DNA from: Promethearchaeia archaeon
Lineage (GTDB): Archaea > Asgardarchaeota > Lokiarchaeia > Sigyniarchaeales > SOKP01
Length of the DNA stretch: 14,792 nucleotides
NCBI GenBank assembly: GCA_046497275.1
Contig: JAWOFX010000105.1
Coordinates: forward strand, 1-14,792
Direction: 5' to 3'
Shown here: piece after piece, positions 10,419-14,792 of the stretch
Position numbering within the stretch: position 1 is the stretch's first letter
Layout of the letters: the number at the start of each line of letters is the position of its first letter
Made by a program: the position numbers and the translations under genes
Notes under the pieces: generated by a model
Told to the model about the DNA's origin: nothing
What the model saw: the letters and a program-made list of their open reading frames with translations, nothing else
Databases searched by the model: none

Positions 10419-11174
10419 TCAAACCTTTTCTAACTTATCTTTAACTTTTTTAACTATAGGAATTAAAATCTCATTAATATCTTTAAAAAACCTTAAATCA
10501 GCCACATCATCATATGGAGTTTCCCCTAGATTTAAGATAATTAATTTAGCTCCATTATTTTTTGCTTCAACCGGCAAATCTGCTGCTGGTGTCACCACCA
10601 ACGAGGATCCAATGACAAAAAATAAATCTGAATTTTTAGATTTTTCAATTGCTTCATACAATTCATCATAAGGTAAAGGATCTCCAAAATTCACGATACT
10701 AGATATTAATCTACCACCACAATGAGGACAATAAGGTTGATTTTTATTTATTGGACTAGTTCGGTAACCAGGTCCGTATTTAGTTTTATCCCATCCGACT
10801 TCCTCAAATGTGAATTTTCTTTTACATTTCAAGCATTTCATAAAGTAAAGATTACCATGTAATTCTGCGAGCTTATCGAAAGGAATGCCAGCCTTCGCAT
10901 GAAGCCCATCCACATTTTGAGTTATCACATAATCTAAAATACCTAACTCCATTAAATCTACCAAAGCATAATGACCTTCATTTGGTTCAACTTGATCCCA
11001 TGGCGGTGTTTTAGGTGGAGGTAGGCCTTTATCTCTTCGTGTCCAGACGCCATCAGGACCTCTATAATCAGGAAGTCCGCTTGATGTAGAGATTCCCGCT
11101 CCCGTAAATGCTACAAAATTTTCTGATTCTAATATCCAATTGACAGCTTGCTCAATCTTTTCTTCTAGACTCAT
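10419..11174 (-). CDS. sir2: Sir2-family NAD-dependent deacylase, class IV (SIRT6/7)-like
   Basis: TGAGISTSSGLPDYRGPDGVW, TQNVDGLH, AELHGN, zinc ligands CLKC/CPHC, GSSLVVTPA, ILNLGETPYD. Confidence 0.95.
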   Translation of the reverse strand: MSLEEKIEQAVNWILESENFVAFTGAGISTSSGLPDYRGPDGVWTRRDKGLPPPKTPPWDQVEPNEGHYALVDLMELGILDYVITQNVDGLHAKAGIPFDKLAELHGNLYFMKCLKCKRKFTFEEVGWDKTKYGPGYRTSPINKNQPYCPHCGGRLISSIVNFGDPLPYDELYEAIEKSKNSDLFFVIGSSLVVTPAADLPVEAKNNGAKLIILNLGETPYDDVADLRFFKDINEILIPIVKKVKDKLEKV

Positions 11175-11392
11175 AATAAATATCTGAAATTGTTTAAAAA
11201 CGATTTTCTTTTTATTAGATATAATTCAATTTGGGTAAAAAATATTTCATAAGACCTAGAATTCATATTTTCACTTTTTTTAAAATATTTAAACCTGAAA
11301 TCACACTTATAAGGTCTTCATCCAATATGTTTAAATAGTATAGTAATAAACAAAATTACATATCTTTAAAAATTTTTAAGGGTGATTTTTTA

Positions 11393-11782
11393 ATGATGGA
11401 GATCTCGAAAAGATGCAAAATTGTATTATTAATTAACTCGGTTGCTGCATTAATATTTATGGTATTCTATTTAATCATTCCAAAATTATATTTTAATATA
11501 ACAGATGGTCCTGTTTTCGATCCCTATTATTGGCGGGCTTTCGGAGTGACACTATTGGTCTTAGGTCTTTTTAGTTTACGTGCTTATTTGATTGGAAAAA
11601 AGGAACAAGCAAAATTTATGTTAGAAATTGGATTCATTTGGCCTCTAATAATTCTCATCTTAAATATTTGGGAATTGATATTCCTCGAACTTTCTTTAAC
11701 ATACACCGTAAATACTTGGCTCAATAATGTTATCCTTTTAGTACTAGGCATTATGAACATCTATACTTATTACAAAGAGTGA
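11393..11782 (+). CDS. Small integral membrane protein (about 4 TM helices), function unknown
   Basis: Four hydrophobic segments of about 20 aa separated by short polar loops. Confidence 0.75.
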   Translation: MMEISKRCKIVLLINSVAALIFMVFYLIIPKLYFNITDGPVFDPYYWRAFGVTLLVLGLFSLRAYLIGKKEQAKFMLEIGFIWPLIILILNIWELIFLELSLTYTVNTWLNNVILLVLGIMNIYTYYKE

Positions 11783-11818
11783 ATAGATTGTAAAGATTTA
11801 GAGAATTTGCTTTTTATT

Positions 11819-11983
11819 TCAGGAATCACTAGAGTCTGAGTTAGGTTTCTGAGATTTTAAAAATTTCTTCCGAATTATCTCTCTTATCAATATTCGCAAC
11901 TCTTCATTTCGATTTGTGCAATCTTTTCCCTGAACTATTTGATCAATAATTTCTTGAGGTATTTTTTCCCTTATGATTTTCAT
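11819..11983 (-). CDS. Unannotated 54-aa ribbon-helix-helix (CopG-like) protein, possibly degenerate
   Basis: Manual translation: MKIIREKIPQEIIDQIVQGKDCTNRNEELRILIREIIRKKFLKSQKPNSDSSDS*. Resembles archaeal RHH consensus MKIIxxKLP..ID..V..G...RSE.IR..IRE. Confidence 0.5.
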   Translation of the reverse strand: MKIIREKIPQEIIDQIVQGKDCTNRNEELRILIREIIRKKFLKSQKPNSDSSDS

Positions 11984-12016
11984 TCTAATTTTAAAATAGA
12001 AATATTCTGTAATAAA

Positions 12017-12024
12017 TTTTAATC
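12017..12024. repeat. Left target-site duplication TTTTAATC
   Basis: Identical to 13643-13650 and abuts the left TIR. Confidence 0.88.
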
Positions 12025-12055
12025 GGGTATTTTTATAAATGAATGAAGAATTATA
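12025..12055 (+). repeat. Left terminal inverted repeat
   Basis: GGGTATTTTTATAAATGAATGAAGAATTATA vs reverse complement of the right end GGTTAATTTTATAGATGAATGATCAATTAAA (25/31). Confidence 0.85.
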
Positions 12056-12256
12056 AAGGTTTTCAACGCGTTTTGTTTATAAAATCGTTCTACCCGCTTT
12101 TTTTTATATCTCACCTTCTCTTCCTTTTAGACATGTTGCGCTAATCTGATAATTTTATCGGTTTTTAACGAATCACGATTTATTGCAATTGTTTTAAGTG
12201 GCTCGTCTTTTTCATTGTCCAAAACACATTTAAGCTAAGATTCACTATTAATTCAC

Positions 12257-13588
12257 ATGGTTGGAAGAAAAAGAAAAGTGTATGAACCACTCTGGAGACC
12301 CATTGAGGCTCAAGGCGAAAGCGGAGCCCGATTTTCATTAGGGACAATCCAATTGTTTTGTCCCGTCTGCGGAAGTCCAATGGTCGGTCCATTTGGAACA
12401 CGTGGAAAAGATGGTACCCGAGTAGAAGCATTTCAATGCAAGGAAAAAAAATGCCCGCATTTAGAGAACCATAAAGTTGGGAAAGAGTTTATCTTAACCA
12501 CTTCCTATCAATTCAAGGAGTTAGTATTTGATAAGCTTAAGGTTCTTTATGAAGACCTCCTGAAGGATGGCGCTAAAAATAAGACGATTGCAAAAAAATA
12601 TTCAATATCCGAATCGCAAGTATCGGCACTTAGAAGCGAGATTGAGTCTGCCATTGACAAGCTTAACGGACTCGATTCACTCGTGTTGATGTCTCAACCG
12701 GATACCGCGGTTGCCATTGATGAGACCTTCCTTAAAATCGAAGGTACCTCCATTTACATCATAATTGCCACGGGATATGCTTCTCGTAAAACCTTGGGAG
12801 TAAAAGTATCTAAAAGTCGCTCAAAAAAGGATATTCGCGAAGTGTTTGACGAAGCAGATGATAATACCGAACACCATATCACCACGATTACTTCCGATGG
12901 CTTGAATGCCACACAATCCATGGCGAAAAATTTGAACAGGGAGATCACCCATGTAATCCACCCCCATAAAAAACCGTTCAAGAAAGCAATCATCAGGCAC
13001 TATAGCTACGAAAATGACGAAAGAATCACGACCACGATTGGCGTGAAAAGTAATTTTTTTAAAAAGCGCGGCAAGCGGCAATTCAAGTACATGGAAGCGA
13101 GAACTGATCTACGACCTAAAGTAAGGAAAAAACGAGGGCGTCCAAAAGGGTCCAAAACCAAGAAAAAGTCAAAAAAGACGAGAAAGAAAAAAAAGCGCGG
13201 CCGTAAAGGACTTTACACGGTTTTTGATAAGGGAAAAACGGGTTATGCAACGATCGACCCCTATCGGAATAAATTAAAGTTAGGAAAAGGGATGTCCAGA
13301 CCGGTGGCGACCGGCCTGAACGCGACATTAAAGTTACATGCCCTAATGTCAATTCAGAATAATCTTGCAGAAAATATAAATTCTGTCCTCCGGGCTATTA
13401 TCCGGTTAAGAGGACCTAAAACCATCGAATCCGTGGAGAGACGCATTAGGGCAACATTAAAAATACGAAATCATCCTGAAATCTTAGAGCAGATACGGAT
13501 CACTCGACAAGTAAGGGGTGATTTCTTAATAAACAATCTAAAACTTGTGGATTACGCCGATCTACTAGAACGGGGGATTATCATGTAA
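12257..13588 (+). CDS. DDE transposase with N-terminal C4 zinc finger, HTH and AT-hook-bearing insertion
   Basis: C35/C38/C61/C66; HTH KNKTIAKKYSISESQVSALR; AIDETFLKI (D155, like IS6 DETYIKV); ITSDG (D214); QNNLAENINS (E372). Confidence 0.9.
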   Translation: MVGRKRKVYEPLWRPIEAQGESGARFSLGTIQLFCPVCGSPMVGPFGTRGKDGTRVEAFQCKEKKCPHLENHKVGKEFILTTSYQFKELVFDKLKVLYEDLLKDGAKNKTIAKKYSISESQVSALRSEIESAIDKLNGLDSLVLMSQPDTAVAIDETFLKIEGTSIYIIIATGYASRKTLGVKVSKSRSKKDIREVFDEADDNTEHHITTITSDGLNATQSMAKNLNREITHVIHPHKKPFKKAIIRHYSYENDERITTTIGVKSNFFKKRGKRQFKYMEARTDLRPKVRKKRGRPKGSKTKKKSKKTRKKKKRGRKGLYTVFDKGKTGYATIDPYRNKLKLGKGMSRPVATGLNATLKLHALMSIQNNLAENINSVLRAIIRLRGPKTIESVERRIRATLKIRNHPEILEQIRITRQVRGDFLINNLKLVDYADLLERGIIM

Positions 13589-13611
13589 GAAAATAAAAAA
13601 GGGGGTTAATT

Positions 13612-13642
13612 TTTAATTGATCATTCATCTATAAAATTAACC
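13612..13642 (-). repeat. Right terminal inverted repeat
   Basis: Reverse complement matches the left TIR at 25/31 positions, ends in CC and abuts the TSD. Confidence 0.85.
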
Positions 13643-13650
13643 TTTTAATC
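13643..13650. repeat. Right target-site duplication TTTTAATC
   Basis: Identical to 12017-12024. Confidence 0.88.
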
Positions 13651-13698
13651 TTTAATAATAATTTAAAATTTAATATAAAAGATATTAATTTGTTTATC

Positions 13699-14493
13699 TT
13701 ATGGTCTGGGAAATCTGCCCGGAAATCTACCTGGAAATCTGCCTGGTCTTCGTCTGGGTCCAAAAGGCCCGGGCCCCCACCTAGTATGCATAAAAGGTCC
13801 ATGTCTGTTATCATGGAGAACATTATCAATAGATAAAACAAATCCGACCAAGATTCTTCTGTCAGTCTCTTTATCGAGTATTTTAAGAGCGTATGTATCT
13901 TGGAAATCAAATATTCCCCCAAGAAAAATATCTCGCCATCTATCTGCTTTTTCTATTTCAGCAACAATTTTTCCCGTAGATAAATCCTCAATCTTATAAC
14001 TCCATCCCATAAATTCTCCTTGAGCTTCATACCAGCGTTTTCCTGATGGATCTTCTAACCAGAATTTAGGACGGAAGAATGAAGTGATTTTTTTCTTAAT
14101 ACGAGCTATGAGATTCCCCTCGGGATCTTTAAGATCTTGAGCCCCTCGAGCTGAAACAATTTTTTCATGGATTGTTGCGGCAACAGTTCCATCCGTTTCT
14201 AGCAATTCGATTTTCCTTCGTAGACTTATAAAGATCCGGTTCATTCGTCCAATAACTTCTCCATTTTCATCATATATGTCACCTCCACCCCAATCCCAGT
14301 ATTTCTCTTTAAGCACATAATATGTTCTGTTAAGATCGAATAATCCCAGTTGATTGGTATCTTGTTTCTGAGATGTTTGCTGAGTAGATTGCGGCGGAGA
14401 TTGAGAACGATTTAATTCTAATTTCTCACCACATTCTTCACAATATCGCTGATTTAAATCATTAATTTTAGAACCACAATTAGGGCAATACAT
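13699..14493 (-). CDS. Zinc-ribbon + LURP-one/phospholipid-scramblase/Tubby-C-like domain protein with Pro/Gly/Arg-rich tail
   Basis: CPNCG..CEECG; Q/S/P linker; YYVLKEKYWDWGGGDIYDENGEVIG..IELLETDG..IARIKKK..FWLEDPSG..GEFMGWSYKIED..VAEI is the repeated beta pattern of LURP/scramblase barrels, ending in the central helix RRILVGFVLSID. Confidence 0.8.
   Translation of the reverse strand: MYCPNCGSKINDLNQRYCEECGEKLELNRSQSPPQSTQQTSQKQDTNQLGLFDLNRTYYVLKEKYWDWGGGDIYDENGEVIGRMNRIFISLRRKIELLETDGTVAATIHEKIVSARGAQDLKDPEGNLIARIKKKITSFFRPKFWLEDPSGKRWYEAQGEFMGWSYKIEDLSTGKIVAEIEKADRWRDIFLGGIFDFQDTYALKILDKETDRRILVGFVLSIDNVLHDNRHGPFMHTRWGPGPFGPRRRPGRFPGRFPGRFPRP
13709..13744. repeat. 3 x 12-bp tandem repeat encoding (PGRF)3 on the minus strand
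   Basis: ggaaatctgccc / ggaaatctacct / ggaaatctgcct. Confidence 0.85.
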
Positions 14494-14618
14494 TTTTAAT
14501 TTTATACTATTTTGCTTGTTATTTAAGTTAAGAATTTCAAATTTAAAATTTTAATATAGTCCATTTTTTTTTCTTTGAAAAATGTGAAAGAATAAGTCCA
14601 AAAAAGTAAAAAAAAGAA

Positions 14619-14792
14619 TTAAGAAAAGGGCTTGAAGTCTAAAATGAATGGCTCGAAACCAAAATCAACTTTAAAGGAAGGATTAACTTTATGTCTAAAA
14701 ATATTTGTTGTTTTATAGCATTTGTTCATTTTGGGTGTGTAATCTTTTAACCATATGTGGATGTATGGCTTCTTGAATAGGGACAAAGAAAC
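14619..14792 (-). CDS. Probable 3' end of a gene entering from beyond the window (unknown product)
   Basis: 57 open codons from the edge (..VSLSLFKKPYIHIWLKDYTPKMNKCYKTTNIFRHKVNPSFKVDFGFEPFILDFKPFS*) followed by a T-rich tract on the minus strand. Confidence 0.4.
   Translation of the reverse strand, partial: VSLSLFKKPYIHIWLKDYTPKMNKCYKTTNIFRHKVNPSFKVDFGFEPFILDFKPFS

Larger units (their letters stand above)
12025..13642 (+). mobile_element. Complete insertion sequence (1618 bp), IS6/IS1-related DDE element
   Basis: Single transposase; imperfect TIRs beginning GG (25/31 identical); perfect 8-bp flanking direct repeat TTTTAATC; visibly more GC-rich than the flanks. Confidence 0.9.

Noticed and set aside
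11251-11318. AAGACCT...AGGTCTT inverted repeat in the sirtuin/membrane-protein divergent region
   Set aside because: Only 7 bp with a 54-bp spacer; no TSD or cargo, so not supportable as a MITE or operator.
12444-12451. A8 run in the transposase as a possible IS1-like programmed frameshift site
   Set aside because: The transposase is already a single continuous frame; no second frame needs joining and A-runs are common in this genome.
12180-13352. Minus-strand ORFs overlapping the transposase and a 31-codon TTG ORF in the IS leader
   Set aside because: Antisense to the transposase or too short, with no similarity to known IS passenger or regulatory proteins.
13709-13744. Tandem repeat as a possible mini-CRISPR
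   Set aside because: 12-bp units without spacers, in frame within a CDS; no cas genes.
13629-13922. 97-aa plus-strand ORF
   Set aside because: Begins inside the right TIR, crosses the IS boundary and is antisense to the LURP-like gene; artefact.

Overview
AT-rich archaeal chromosomal segment, most likely Asgard (Lokiarchaeia/Promethearchaeia-like). This is inferred from the archaeal tRNA-splicing endonuclease and PINA genes together with eukaryote-like proteins and zinc-ribbon/Pro-rich accessory proteins. Gene order: 3' part of nadA; wHTH/double-zinc-ribbon protein (-); small coiled-coil/Pro-rich protein; bacterial-type NAD-dependent DNA ligase ligA; a ubiquitin-like protein ending GG-I; a stand-alone GlnD-like HD phosphohydrolase; SDR (-); small hypothetical; HycI-type maturation protease (-); EndA-family subunit lacking the catalytic His; PINA ATPase apparently lacking its KH domain; SIRT6/7 (class IV)-like sirtuin (-); 4-TM membrane protein; an unannotated RHH-like ORF (-); a complete 1618-bp IS (12025-13642, imperfect GG..CC TIRs, perfect 8-bp TSD TTTTAATC) whose DDE transposase has a large basic insertion with an AT-hook; zinc-ribbon + LURP/scramblase-like protein with a PGRF-repeat tail (-); and probably the 3' end of another gene. 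No CRISPR, tRNA or rRNA was seen. All family calls come from manual motif reading and remembered reference sequences, not database searches.
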